Shown: one piece after another, positions 18,272 through 27,780 of the stretch
Layout: each line of letters begins with the position of its first letter
Numbering within the stretch: the stretch's first letter is position 1
From: Deltaproteobacteria bacterium
GTDB taxonomy: Bacteria; Myxococcota_A; UBA9042; CAIXZC01
Length of the DNA stretch: 64,000 nucleotides
NCBI GenBank assembly: GCA_016875215.1
Contig: VGRX01000001.1
Location: forward strand, 11,312-75,311
Direction: 5' to 3'
Made by a program: the position numbers and the translations under genes
The notes under the pieces: model-generated
What the model was told of the DNA's origin: nothing
The model's input: only the letters and a program-made list of their open reading frames with translations
Databases searched by the model: none

Positions 18272-18420
18272 CGACATGTCGGGGTTCCATCCATGAGCCG
18301 GCGGTGCGGGCAACCCGACGGCCGATGCGGCAGGACAGACCGTGGGTGCGGGCAACCCAACGGCTGATGCACCGAGACGGGCCGGCGGTGCGGGCAACCC
18401 GACGGCCGGCGAGGGTGCGG
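18272..18420 (+). repeat. composite REP/BIME-like cluster A2 (direct repeat of A1)
   Basis: The leader cgacatgtcggggttccatccatgagcc plus three REP units match 12433-12600. Confidence 0.65.
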
Positions 18421-18854
18421 TTCCTGCGGCGGTACCAGTGTGTTGCTGGTTTCGTGCCTGGATGGCGGCCCGGGTGCAGCCTCTCCTCCGTGGAGGAGTA
18501 CCCCGGCGCCACGGGGCGCCGGGGGGAGGTGGCATTTCCGGGCTTCCCCTGGATCGTGGGTCTGCCTGCGCGTAACGGACCCACGGCACATGCAGCGCAG
18601 CGCGGCCCGTCGCTTACGCTCCGGGTGGTGCTGGGGGCAGAGCCGACGGCACATCTGCAACCCGCACTCACGGCACATCCGCACCCGCTCCCATGGCCTT
18701 TCCCCGGACCCCGCCTCTCGGGCACATCCATCTGCACTTTCGCGTAAGGATCGACCCCAGGAGCCACCCACCCCCGTTGCCACCTGCCCCATGCCCGTGT
18801 AGTATCGGTCACCGGGACGATGCAGATGGGGCGATGTGACCATGTCTCGACCGA

Positions 18855-19075
18855 TGCCGGCCTTGGGTGCGCTGGTGCTGGCTGCCTCCTGCAACGGGGG
18901 GGAGGCGGGAAGGGGGCCGACGGTTCGGACGCGCGCGTCGACCCGGACAATTCGCAGGGTGTGGTCCGGGTACCGGGAGACGGCCGAGGCACTGATGCAG
19001 CCGGCGATGCAGCTGCGAAGGGCTCAACAGCGAAGGCGTCATCGGCTGGATCGAGTAGCCGGCAGACACGGAGGA
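18855..19075 (+). pseudogene. repeat B2: second degenerate copy of the Asp/Gly-rich lipoprotein minigene (ATG and lipobox kept, internal frameshift)
   Basis: MPALGALVLAASC then a frameshift into GGGGKGADGSDARVDPDNSQGVVRVPGDGRGTDAAGDAAAKG. Ends at the yjbQ-family start. Confidence 0.45.
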
Positions 19076-19079
19076 GAAG

Positions 19080-19496
19080 ATGAAATCGTATCGCAAGGAG
19101 CTGGTCATGAACATCCCCGGACGGCGAGGGTTCGTCAACATCTCCAACGACGTGAAGGAGGCGCTCAACGAGAGCGGAATCCAGGAGGGGCTCTGCCTGG
19201 TCAACTCCATGCACATCACGGCCAGCGTGTTCATCAACGACGACGAGTCCGGGCTTCACCGGGACTTCGAGAAATGGCTCGAGCAGCTCGCACCGTTCAG
19301 CCCCCAGGGGTACCGCCACAACCTCACCGGCGAGGACAATGCGGACGCGCACCTCAAGCGCCAGGTCATGGGCCGGGAGGTCGTGGTCGCGGTCACCAAC
19401 GGCCACCTCGACTTCGGCCCCTGGGAGCAGATCTTCTATGGCGAATTCGACGGCGGCCGGCGCAAGCGGGTGCTGGTCAAGATCATCGGGGATTGA
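19080..19496 (+). CDS. YjbQ/UPF0047-family protein (secondary thiamine-phosphate synthase-like)
   Basis: 138 aa. [58 protein letters not shown] is the typical YjbQ fold. Confidence 0.8.
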   Translation: MKSYRKELVMNIPGRRGFVNISNDVKEALNESGIQEGLCLVNSMHITASVFINDDESGLHRDFEKWLEQLAPFSPQGYRHNLTGEDNADAHLKRQVMGREVVVAVTNGHLDFGPWEQIFYGEFDGGRRKRVLVKIIGD

Positions 19497-19575
19497 CCCT
19501 GTGGGCGGATGCGCTCCGGACTCGCGGTTGCCGGAGGTGGCCCGAGATGGTGGCTCAGGGCCGGGGAGACACCGG

Positions 19576-19603
19576 TTGACACGCCGGAACGAGGGAATAT
19601 AAT
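19576..19603 (+). promoter_or_regulatory. sigma-70-like promoter TTGACA-N16-TATAAT upstream of the SurA-like gene
   Basis: ttgacacgccggaacgagggaatataat lies about 74 nt before ATG 19677. Confidence 0.5.
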
Positions 19604-19676
19604 CCGCCAACGTTCGGTTCTCAACCGGAGCTCTTGGACACGCGAATTGGCAATGGCATATTTAGGGAGGAGATCG

Positions 19677-21071
19677 ATGAGAAACCTCGGATTGCTCGCA
19701 GCGGTACTGGCGGCCCTGGCCCTGGTCCTTTCCGGCTGCAAGGGAGAGGAGAAGAAGAAGGAAGCCCCCAAGCAGAAGAAGGAAGAGCCGGCTCCCAAGG
19801 CCGTTGAGGAGACGCCGCCGCCGGCCGAGGCGGACAAGGAAGAGGCTGCTGAGCCGGCAGAGCCGGCCAAGGAAGCCGAGGCCCCCAAGGGCGAGGAACC
19901 CCCGCCCGTTGCCGCGGAGGAGAAGCCCGCTGCAGAAGAGGATCCCGAGCTCACGCAGACGATCGTCGCCCGGGTCAACGGCAAGGACATCGATGCCGCT
20001 GACTACGTCGAGCGCCTCAAGAAGCTGACCAAGGGCAAGGTCACCCAGTCCATGATCAAGAAGACCGTCGTGGACCGCATGATCAACGACGAGCTGCTCC
20101 GCCAGGAGATCGAGCGCCTGGGGATCACCGTGTCCGACGAAGAGACCGCGGAAGCCATGAACATGGATATGGAGCGCTTCAACAAGCAGAAGGATGCCAT
20201 GGGTGCGCGGATCAATGCGTTCGAGGAGCGCGTCGCTGTGCGCAAGGTGCTCGAGGCCCGCTCTCTTCTGGTCACCCCGACCGACGACGAGCTGAAGAAG
20301 GAGTACGAGCGCCGCTTCGGCCTCAAGATCGATGCCGTGACCTTCCCGCTGGCGGCGGAAGCGACAGCGGATGACGTTGCCAAGGCCGATGCCGAGGCCA
20401 ACGCGGTCCTCGCTGCGGCGAAGTCGGGGCTGACCCTGCGCGAGGCGGTCAAGGACCCCAAGGACGCCACCGGCCGCCGCCTGCTGGTGAAGCCGATGTT
20501 CATCAAGAAGGGGGACGAGCGCCACATCGACATGTACACCGCGGCCGAGAGCCTCCAGGAGAAGGACTTCGCCGGCCCGATCAAGTCCGCGCAGGGGCTG
20601 GTGGTATTCCAGCTTGCCAAGCGGATCGAGCCCCGGCAGTCGTTCGACGAGATGAAGGACAAGCTGGCCAAGTCCGCGCTGAACATGAAGACCGCTCAGG
20701 CCAAGCACCAGCTCCTCGAGGAGCTGCGCAAGAATGCGAAGCTCGAGTACCTGATCGAGTTCAAGCCGACGCCCCAGATCCCGGCACTTCGAGATCTTCG
20801 CGGCGGGGCCCGGCTCGCTCCTGGCATCAACGCCGGCACTCGTGACATACTCCGCGGAGGGGTCGAGATGCGCGGTGCTGCCGCTCCGGTCCCGGCCGAG
20901 GGTGCTGCCGCTCCGGTCCCGGCCGAGGGTGCTGCCGCTCCGGTCCCGGCCAAGGGTGCTGCCGCTCCGGTCCCGGCCGAGGGTGCTGCCGCTCCGGTCC
21001 CCGCCGAGGGGGCTGCCGCCCCGGTCCCGGCCGAGGGTGCTGCCGCTCCGGCTGCTCAGCCGATCCAGTAG
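19677..21071 (+). CDS. SurA-like periplasmic chaperone/parvulin-type PPIase lipoprotein with C-terminal (AAPVPAEG)x7 repeat
   Basis: MRNLGLLAAVLAALALVLSGCKGE lipobox; GGAGGAG SD. SurA_N-like region IVARVNGKDIDAADY...IKKTVVDRMINDELL. Parvulin-like GPIKSAQGLVVFQL. Alternative long-ORF start at 19509 rejected. Confidence 0.65.
   Translation: MRNLGLLAAVLAALALVLSGCKGEEKKKEAPKQKKEEPAPKAVEETPPPAEADKEEAAEPAEPAKEAEAPKGEEPPPVAAEEKPAAEEDPELTQTIVARVNGKDIDAADYVERLKKLTKGKVTQSMIKKTVVDRMINDELLRQEIERLGITVSDEETAEAMNMDMERFNKQKDAMGARINAFEERVAVRKVLEARSLLVTPTDDELKKEYERRFGLKIDAVTFPLAAEATADDVAKADAEANAVLAAAKSGLTLREAVKDPKDATGRRLLVKPMFIKKGDERHIDMYTAAESLQEKDFAGPIKSAQGLVVFQLAKRIEPRQSFDEMKDKLAKSALNMKTAQAKHQLLEELRKNAKLEYLIEFKPTPQIPALRDLRGGARLAPGINAGTRDILRGGVEMRGAAAPVPAEGAAAPVPAEGAAAPVPAKGAAAPVPAEGAAAPVPAEGAAAPVPAEGAAAPAAQPIQ
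20877..21050 (+). repeat. 24 bp coding tandem repeat x7 (ggtgctgccgctccggtcccggccgag)
   Basis: Near-perfect contiguous copies at the gene 3' end. Confidence 0.75.
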
Positions 21072-21095
21072 CTTCCGACCGCCACATACACACCA

Positions 21096-21953
21096 TCAGC
21101 CTGTTGGTCGCTCATCCCGGGATCCGCACTGCAGCAGCTCGGGCCGGTACTCGAAGTGCATCGTGTCGAAGTGGTACCAGCGGCCGCCCCAGATGAAGCC
21201 GTGGCGTTCGAAGGCTTCGACCAGGTCTGCAGGGACCCGGTTCTTCCACGCACGCCTGCCGGTGGCGTCGGGCTTGTTCCATCGCCAGAAGTCGGCCTTG
21301 TCCAGTGCCACGTCGATCGCGATGCCGAAGCTGTGTGCGCTCAGCCGGTCGGTCCCGCGGACCTTGCGCCATGTGTAGGGTCCGGAGAGGTCACACGCGA
21401 GCTTCCGGGTCTCTTCGGGCAGCTTTTCGATGTCCCGGGCGACGGCCTCCAGCTTCAGGTTGACGCGGTTGACCGTGGTTGCCCTGAGGCGGGTCCGCTT
21501 GCAGCCGGCCACCCACTGCACCGGCCCCAGTCGGGCCTCGGCCTCGTGCGCGGTCGAACCGTACATCTTCAGGAAGAACGGCTCGTGGCGGATGCGCCCC
21601 GGGTCGTCGTTCTCCGCCGGGGGCTCCGGCTTGCGGCCCGCAGGATAGGGCTGGGACATCATGTCCTCGAGATCCGCGCCGGCCAGCTTCTCTTCGTGGG
21701 ACTTCTTCTTCCCGTCATCCCAGGGCATCCGGGTTCCGTCCTTCCAGACGATGTGCCAACCGGAGTCGGTGCCGGGTTGCGTCGAGTGCAGAGCACCCTC
21801 CGCACATGGACCTTCGCACCGGGCTCCGGTGCCGAACGGCTCCGCCCCGCTGAGGAAGTCCGGATAGGCCTCGACCAGGCACTTCAGACCGGATGGCCGA
21901 TCCGGCGGATTCGGCGGAGCGAGTGAGAGCAGCAGCGCTGCGAGAAACGGCAT
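21096..21953 (-). CDS. M15-family zinc D-Ala-D-Ala carboxypeptidase-like peptidase (LAS metallopeptidase), secreted
   Basis: Start MPFLAALLLSLA. SAHSFGIAIDV...FIWGGRWYHFDTMHFEY has the H-x6-D ... H motif of the VanY/M15 family. Confidence 0.65.
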   Translation of the reverse strand: MPFLAALLLSLAPPNPPDRPSGLKCLVEAYPDFLSGAEPFGTGARCEGPCAEGALHSTQPGTDSGWHIVWKDGTRMPWDDGKKKSHEEKLAGADLEDMMSQPYPAGRKPEPPAENDDPGRIRHEPFFLKMYGSTAHEAEARLGPVQWVAGCKRTRLRATTVNRVNLKLEAVARDIEKLPEETRKLACDLSGPYTWRKVRGTDRLSAHSFGIAIDVALDKADFWRWNKPDATGRRAWKNRVPADLVEAFERHGFIWGGRWYHFDTMHFEYRPELLQCGSRDERPTG

Positions 21954-21993
21954 GGTGTTCCGTTCTCCCGTTCCGGTTGCCTCTGCCTGAGGT

Positions 21994-24900
21994 CTATGGC
22001 GCCACGTACAGCCACAGATACCGGTTACCCCCGATGTTCTGGGCAAAGCAGTTGGAAGCTTCCCAGCCGCAACTGTTGTTGACGGTAACGTTGGTGCTGC
22101 TTTCGCCGCACCCCCACGGGCCACCCCACCAGCTCGAGGAGGTGTGGGGGTGATTTCCGTCCGCGTAGATTTCGTTGATCCAGCCGGAGAAGTTCGAGTT
22201 GTAGATGAGCCCGTTGACCTGGTAGGCCCCGAGCCCGTCCCTGAACACGTTCTTGTTCACGTCGAGATAGCGGTAGCTGTTCGTATTCGCTCCGCAGACG
22301 ATCCGGATCTTGTTGTAGGCCGCTCCCGTGCAGTCATTGCCCCAGGCCTTTGGGATGTCGTCGCCGCCTGGCTTGTCCAGGTAGCCCTCGCACTGAATCC
22401 AGGCCCCTCCGAAGACCGGCCCGAGCTCACCGGAGAAGCCGGGCACGGTCGGCGTCGTGAGGGTGCAGTTCGGCTCGCAGCCGTCTCCGGCCACGGCGTT
22501 TCCATCGTCGCAAGCTTCGCCGGCCTCGACCTTGCCGTTCCCACAGCACGGGGTGAAGGGGGTGTACTTGCACCCAGTGGCCGGGTCGCAGCTGTCGGTC
22601 GTGCACTTGTCGCCATCGATGCAGGTCACGGCCGGTCCCGGTTTGCACGCGCCCCCGCCGCAGACGTCACCCGCGGTGCATGCGCTGCCGTCGTTGCAGG
22701 CCGCTGTATTGGGGGCGTACGCGCAGCCGGTCTTCGGGTCGCATGAATCGTCGGTGCAGCCGTTCCCGTCGTTGCAGGCGAGGTTGCCGGACCCGGTGCA
22801 TTTGCCATCTCCGCACGCGTCCGTCACGGTGCATGCGTTGCCGTCATTGCAGGGGACCGTGTTGTTGGCGTGCTTGCACCCGGTCTTGGGCTCGCAGGTA
22901 TCCGTGGTGCACACGTTTGAGTCATCACAGCTCACCCAGGCCGTCCCGACGCAGGTTCCGTCCTGGCAGGTATCACCCGTTGTGCACGCGTTCTTGTCAT
23001 CGCAACCACCTGCGACCGGCGTGTGGGTGCACCCTGCCTTGGGATCGCAGGCATCGGTGGTGCAGGAGTTGGCATCGTCGCAGCTCAGCCACTGGGCGGG
23101 CTTGCAGCCGCCGGCCGTGCACTTGTCACCGACGGTGCAGATGTCACCGTCGTCGCAGGGGGCCGAATTGAGCGTGTGAATGCACCCCTTTGCCGGATCG
23201 CACGAGTCGTCCGTGCACGGGGTGTCATCACCGCACGGCAGGGTTCCGGTCCCAACGCACTTGCCCGCACTGCATGTGTCCGTGGGAGTACACTTGTTGC
23301 CGTCGTCGCACGCAGCGGTATTGGGCGTGTGCGTGCACCCTCCCTTGGGATCGCAGGCATCCGTGGTGCACGGGTTCCCGTCGTCACAGCCGAGGGCCGG
23401 TCCTCCCTTGCACTGTCCGGCCACACAGGCATCGGGCCCTGTGCACGGGTTCCCGTCGTTGCACGGGGCCGTGTTCTCCAGGTGGATGCACCCCTTGGCG
23501 GGGTCGCACGAGTCGTCGGTGCAGACGTTGGAATCGCCGCACTCAAGCGCCACGCTGCCCTTGCACGCCCCGCCCTTGCACAGGTCCGACTTGGTGCACA
23601 CGTTCCCGTCGTCGCAGGATGCAGCGTTGTGATTGTGCACGCACCCAAGATCGGGATCGCACGAGTCGTCGGTGCACACGTTCCCGTCATCGCAAGGCAG
23701 CAGGGACGAGCCCTGGCACAGCCCGCTCTTGCACGCGTCCCCGGTCGAGCACTTGTTCCCGTCGTTGCACGGGACCTGATTGAACACGAACTTGCAGCCG
23801 AGCACGGGCTCACACGAGTCGTCGGTGCACACATTCCCGTCGTTGCACGACTGCACCCCTGTCGCCACGCAGGCCCCAAGCTTGCACTGGTCGCCGGTCG
23901 TACACTCGTTCGAGTCGCTGCACGGAAGCTGGTTGGGCTGGTGCACGCACCCTTTGAGCGGCTCGCACGAATCGTCGGTGCACGGATTGCCGTCATTGCA
24001 ATCCTGCGCTTTTCCCGACGCGCAGCTTCCCCCTCCGCACTGGTCCCCCACGGTACACGGGTTGCCATCCTCGCACGCTGCCGTGTTGGGAGCGAACTTG
24101 CACCCGGTCGCTGCATCGCAGGAGTCGTCCGTGCAGGGATTCCCGTCGTTGCAGTTGACCGGCTTGCCTCCGGCGCAGGTCCCGTCGGCGCACGTCTCCG
24201 AATGGGTGCAGGCGCTGCCGTCGCTGCAGGCCTTCCCCTCGGCAGCCGGGACGAACGAGCATTCCCCGGTCAGCGGATTGCACGAAGGAGCCAGGCACTC
24301 CGCCCCCACTCCCTTGGGCGCGGCGCACTCCACGACCGTCTTGAGGTCCACGATGCACTTGTGAGGGAGCTGCTTCGTGTCGCACACGAGCTTGCCGTTG
24401 CAGACGTCACCGTCCTCCAGCACCAGACAGTCGGCAGTGGTCTTGCAGTCGCAGGCGACAGGGTAGCCCCCACACTTGCCCTGGCTGCACACGTCGCTGA
24501 CCGTGCATGGGTCGCCGTCATCGCAATCCGCCTTGTTGAACGAGTACTTGCACCCGCCCGTCGGATCGCACTCGTCCGTGGTGCAGACGTTGCTGTCGTT
24601 GCAGTTGATGCCTGTCCCGAGGCATTCGCCCGACTCACAGTGGTCGGCCAGCGTGCAAACGTCGCCGTCGTCGCATGACGTCCCCGAAAGCGGCTCGTGC
24701 ACGCATCCCGCTTCAGGATCGCATTCGTCCTTCGTGCATCCATTCCCATCATCGCACGAGACGTCGTCCACCTTGTCGTTGCAGTCGTCGTCGACGCCGT
24801 TGCACTCCTCCGCCTGCGGTTCCGGAGCATCGCACGCGGACAAGCCGTCCGGACCGCACGTCCGCTCCCCCTGGCACTGCCCGAGGTCGTTCGCCGCCAG

Positions 24901-25542
24901 GCACAGCGTGGAAAGACCCAGTGCGATCGACTTCGTCGAGCACGAGCAGACCCCGCTGTCGGACACGCACTGCTTCAGCACCGTGCCTTCCGCAGTCACG
25001 GCATCCTTGCACGAGAAACCGAAGGGGCATGCGCCGTTGCACGGCGCCCCGCAGAACAGCCCTGCCGCACCATAGTCCACGCATACGTCCTCCAGGCCGT
25101 TGGGGGACTTGCAGTCCGCACTCGTCTTGCACGGCCGGCACAGGTGGGTGTACGGCGACACGCATGCGAACTGCAGATCCGGTCCGCCCGTCGAGATCTG
25201 CTGGCAGGTCCACCCTTGCGGACACTCCTCGACGCAGGTATCGGAGCACACGTTGTCCCCCATGTGCTCCACGCAGATGCCGGACAGGCAGTCCTTGCCG
25301 TCCGCGCACGGTTCCAGGAAGCACCCCGTTCCGGGCACGCATCCGGAACCCGTGTCGAGCCATTCCTCGACCGTCACGTCCGGGGGCTCGACCGAGGTCT
25401 CCGCCTGGTCGACGCCCACCGTCTCCACCACGGACTCAGCCTGCGCCTGGTCACTCGTGTCCTCCCCGCCGGTCACTACGGTGCCGCCGCCGGCACAGGA
25501 CGCCACAACTCCGCTCACCGCCAGAATCCACAGTCGCCTCAT
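21994..25542 (-). CDS. giant secreted Cys-rich repeat protein A (1182 aa): EGF-like N-terminal module, about 25 CxDGNxCTxDxCDPxxGC repeats, CCGNG Cys-rich repeat, unique about 230 aa C-terminal domain
   Basis: Signal peptide MRRLWILAVSGVVASCAGG. Highly regular about 38 aa repeats. Paralogue of 37748-41590. Confidence 0.8.
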   Translation of the reverse strand: MRRLWILAVSGVVASCAGGGTVVTGGEDTSDQAQAESVVETVGVDQAETSVEPPDVTVEEWLDTGSGCVPGTGCFLEPCADGKDCLSGICVEHMGDNVCSDTCVEECPQGWTCQQISTGGPDLQFACVSPYTHLCRPCKTSADCKSPNGLEDVCVDYGAAGLFCGAPCNGACPFGFSCKDAVTAEGTVLKQCVSDSGVCSCSTKSIALGLSTLCLAANDLGQCQGERTCGPDGLSACDAPEPQAEECNGVDDDCNDKVDDVSCDDGNGCTKDECDPEAGCVHEPLSGTSCDDGDVCTLADHCESGECLGTGINCNDSNVCTTDECDPTGGCKYSFNKADCDDGDPCTVSDVCSQGKCGGYPVACDCKTTADCLVLEDGDVCNGKLVCDTKQLPHKCIVDLKTVVECAAPKGVGAECLAPSCNPLTGECSFVPAAEGKACSDGSACTHSETCADGTCAGGKPVNCNDGNPCTDDSCDAATGCKFAPNTAACEDGNPCTVGDQCGGGSCASGKAQDCNDGNPCTDDSCEPLKGCVHQPNQLPCSDSNECTTGDQCKLGACVATGVQSCNDGNVCTDDSCEPVLGCKFVFNQVPCNDGNKCSTGDACKSGLCQGSSLLPCDDGNVCTDDSCDPDLGCVHNHNAASCDDGNVCTKSDLCKGGACKGSVALECGDSNVCTDDSCDPAKGCIHLENTAPCNDGNPCTGPDACVAGQCKGGPALGCDDGNPCTTDACDPKGGCTHTPNTAACDDGNKCTPTDTCSAGKCVGTGTLPCGDDTPCTDDSCDPAKGCIHTLNSAPCDDGDICTVGDKCTAGGCKPAQWLSCDDANSCTTDACDPKAGCTHTPVAGGCDDKNACTTGDTCQDGTCVGTAWVSCDDSNVCTTDTCEPKTGCKHANNTVPCNDGNACTVTDACGDGKCTGSGNLACNDGNGCTDDSCDPKTGCAYAPNTAACNDGSACTAGDVCGGGACKPGPAVTCIDGDKCTTDSCDPATGCKYTPFTPCCGNGKVEAGEACDDGNAVAGDGCEPNCTLTTPTVPGFSGELGPVFGGAWIQCEGYLDKPGGDDIPKAWGNDCTGAAYNKIRIVCGANTNSYRYLDVNKNVFRDGLGAYQVNGLIYNSNFSGWINEIYADGNHPHTSSSWWGGPWGCGESSTNVTVNNSCGWEASNCFAQNIGGNRYLWLYVAP

Positions 25543-25713
25543 AGTCCGAACCTCCGACTTGGAAGATCAGTAACGGGGCCTATGTTACCACGGTCCCGGT
25601 GCGGACGGAAATGGCGGCAGCGCATGAGGCCGTCCCGTGTCCGGCGCGCTTGCAAAACCGACGCCCCGAATGCAGGATCTTCCCTCGGCGTCGTGTGTCG
25701 AGGTGCAGCAGCA

Positions 25714-27573
25714 ATGGCGAGTCCGGACCCGAAGAAACCCACTGTTCAGGCCTTCCGCCCCGAGGTTCTCGCCCCCGGCGGCAGCCTGGACGCGATCGAG
25801 GCTGCAGTCAACGCCGGGGCCGATGCCGTCTACGTCGGCGTGGGCTTGCTCAACGCCAGGACCCGCGCCGCCAACCTCACGGTCGAACAGCTTCCCGGCG
25901 TGGTGGATCTGGCCCATTCCCGAGGTGCCGCAATTCACGTGGCACTCAATGTCCCGGTAACTCCGACGACCCTGCCCGAGGCCGTCCGCGTCCTGGCGGC
26001 CTCCTGGCTGTCCGGCGCGGATGCGGTCATTCTTCGCGACCCGATCCTGATCGGGCTGGCTGCCCGGGAGCTGCCCGGTCTGGCCCTTCATGCGAGCACG
26101 CAGATGGGGATCCTGGGGCCCGCAGCCGCGAAACGGGCACATGGTCTGGGCTGCACCCGGGTGATCCTGCCCCGAGAGCTGTCGGCCGCGGACATCCGCC
26201 GCATCCGCAAGGCCGTGCCCGACCTGGAGCTGGAGGCCTTCTTCTTCGGCGCTCTGTGCTTCGGGGTATCGGGGCGTTGCCTGCTCGGCGAGGCGGTTGC
26301 CGGCCGCTCCGGAAACCACGGGAGCTGCGCTCAACCGTGTCGCCTGGAGTACTTCGCTGCAGACGGTGCTCCGCTCGGCCGGATCTTCAGCATGCGGGAC
26401 CTCGACCTGTTTCCCCGTATCCGGGAGTTGGTCGATGCCGGCGTGTCCAGCCTCAAGATCGAAGGGAGATTGAAGTCCCCGGCATGGGTTGCGTGTGTGA
26501 CCTCTTACGCGCGCACGGCCTCCCGGAACTGGCGGACGGGCGGCCTGGCTCCGGACGAGCTGGCGGCCTTCCACCGGGACGTGGCGGTCCTGTTCTGCCG
26601 GCCCCGCACCTCCGCGTTCTTCGACGGTTCCACCGACGTTGCGCTGCTCACCTGTCCGGCAAGCTCGGGCCAGGCCGGGCTGGCGATCGAACGCTTCGAT
26701 ACCATGCCCCGACCGCGCAGCCCGACCGAGCGGGCCGGCCGCGTTCTCGGTGAATCGGTCGAGCGCACACGGGAGCGCTGGCAGCGAACCGGAGCCTCCG
26801 GGGCTCTTCCGGGGATCGCGCTCCGCTTCGTCACTCCTGTCGACCTGGCGCTGCGTGACGGCCTGCTCGTCACGACCGCGCTGTCGGGTCCGGGGCAATC
26901 CGAGGCGCTTCCGATCGTCGAGTTGGCGGACGAGAATGGACGGCCGGCAGGCCGGATCCCCGCCGGCAGGGTGGCGGTGGTCACCCTGCCGCTCGACAGG
27001 CCGCCTCTGACCGTCGCCATCCACAGCGCCAACTCCGTCGAGGCCCGCTTCCCGAAGGGGAATCTCCGCCTGTCCCAGGCCAGCCGCAACGGTGAGCTGC
27101 CCGCCCCGAGCGTCACCCGCGTCGTGATGGCCCAAGACCGCATCTTCCTGACCGGGGCGATCGGCCGCTTCCGTACCTCGGCTGAGCTGCCCGTTGCCAC
27201 CGAGCCGGCCCGCAACCAGGGGATGACGCCCGGGATGATGCAGCGCTACTTTCCGGAGGCCGAAGCCGACGTGGCTCCCGATCTGTACGCCAATCCCACG
27301 GAGCTCAAGGCCGTGCGGCGCGCCTTTGCCGCGCAGGGCAGGGAATCCTATCGTGCGGAGCTCGAACGGCTGGCCCGTCGTCTCCTCGATGATGTCCTTC
27401 AAAGCGAGCCCGTATTCGCGCAGGACGATGCCTCGCTGCTCGCCCGAGGTCCGGCCTGCGTATCCCGGGTGACCGGCCTGCCCCCGGGCGAGGTCCGCAC
27501 CTCGGGAGGGGACCGGTTCGTGGTCGAGCCGACCCGCAGGGGCACGGTCGTGCGGGCCGTGCGCCGCCCCTGA
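25714..27573 (+). CDS. peptidase U32 family protein
   Basis: U32 signature EAFFFGALCFGVSGRCLLG and downstream GSCAQPCR. About 619 aa. Confidence 0.8.
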   Translation: MASPDPKKPTVQAFRPEVLAPGGSLDAIEAAVNAGADAVYVGVGLLNARTRAANLTVEQLPGVVDLAHSRGAAIHVALNVPVTPTTLPEAVRVLAASWLSGADAVILRDPILIGLAARELPGLALHASTQMGILGPAAAKRAHGLGCTRVILPRELSAADIRRIRKAVPDLELEAFFFGALCFGVSGRCLLGEAVAGRSGNHGSCAQPCRLEYFAADGAPLGRIFSMRDLDLFPRIRELVDAGVSSLKIEGRLKSPAWVACVTSYARTASRNWRTGGLAPDELAAFHRDVAVLFCRPRTSAFFDGSTDVALLTCPASSGQAGLAIERFDTMPRPRSPTERAGRVLGESVERTRERWQRTGASGALPGIALRFVTPVDLALRDGLLVTTALSGPGQSEALPIVELADENGRPAGRIPAGRVAVVTLPLDRPPLTVAIHSANSVEARFPKGNLRLSQASRNGELPAPSVTRVVMAQDRIFLTGAIGRFRTSAELPVATEPARNQGMTPGMMQRYFPEAEADVAPDLYANPTELKAVRRAFAAQGRESYRAELERLARRLLDDVLQSEPVFAQDDASLLARGPACVSRVTGLPPGEVRTSGGDRFVVEPTRRGTVVRAVRRP

Positions 27574-27780
27574 TCTGCAGAGGATCCGCTGCGGGTCGCG
27601 GTTCCGCAGAACTGACGGTGGATTTGGGGGGCCCCGCGCATTTGACACGCGCCCCGTCCCGTGCTTGACTCAGGGGGAGGGAAGTTCGGTCCGGTCGGGG
27701 GCCCCGCAATGCCCGCCGGAGAAGCCGTGAGCTTCGCTCGACGGGTGGTCGTGGTCAGACTCGTCAGAGGGGGGTGGTTC

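Noticed and set aside
18150-19610. 486-aa minus-strand ORF
   Set aside because: Spans REP cluster, B2 repeat and antisense of the yjbQ-family gene. Arg/Pro-rich. Not credible.
23023-24678. Several 300-550 aa ORFs on both strands inside the giant repeat gene
   Set aside because: Alternative-frame and antisense shadows of the highly repetitive Cys-rich gene. Only the minus-strand 21994-25542 frame gives the CxDGNxC repeat with signal peptide.
25585-27648. 687-aa minus-strand ORF
   Set aside because: Antisense to the U32 peptidase gene, whose signature EAFFFGALCFGVSGRCLLG is on the plus strand.
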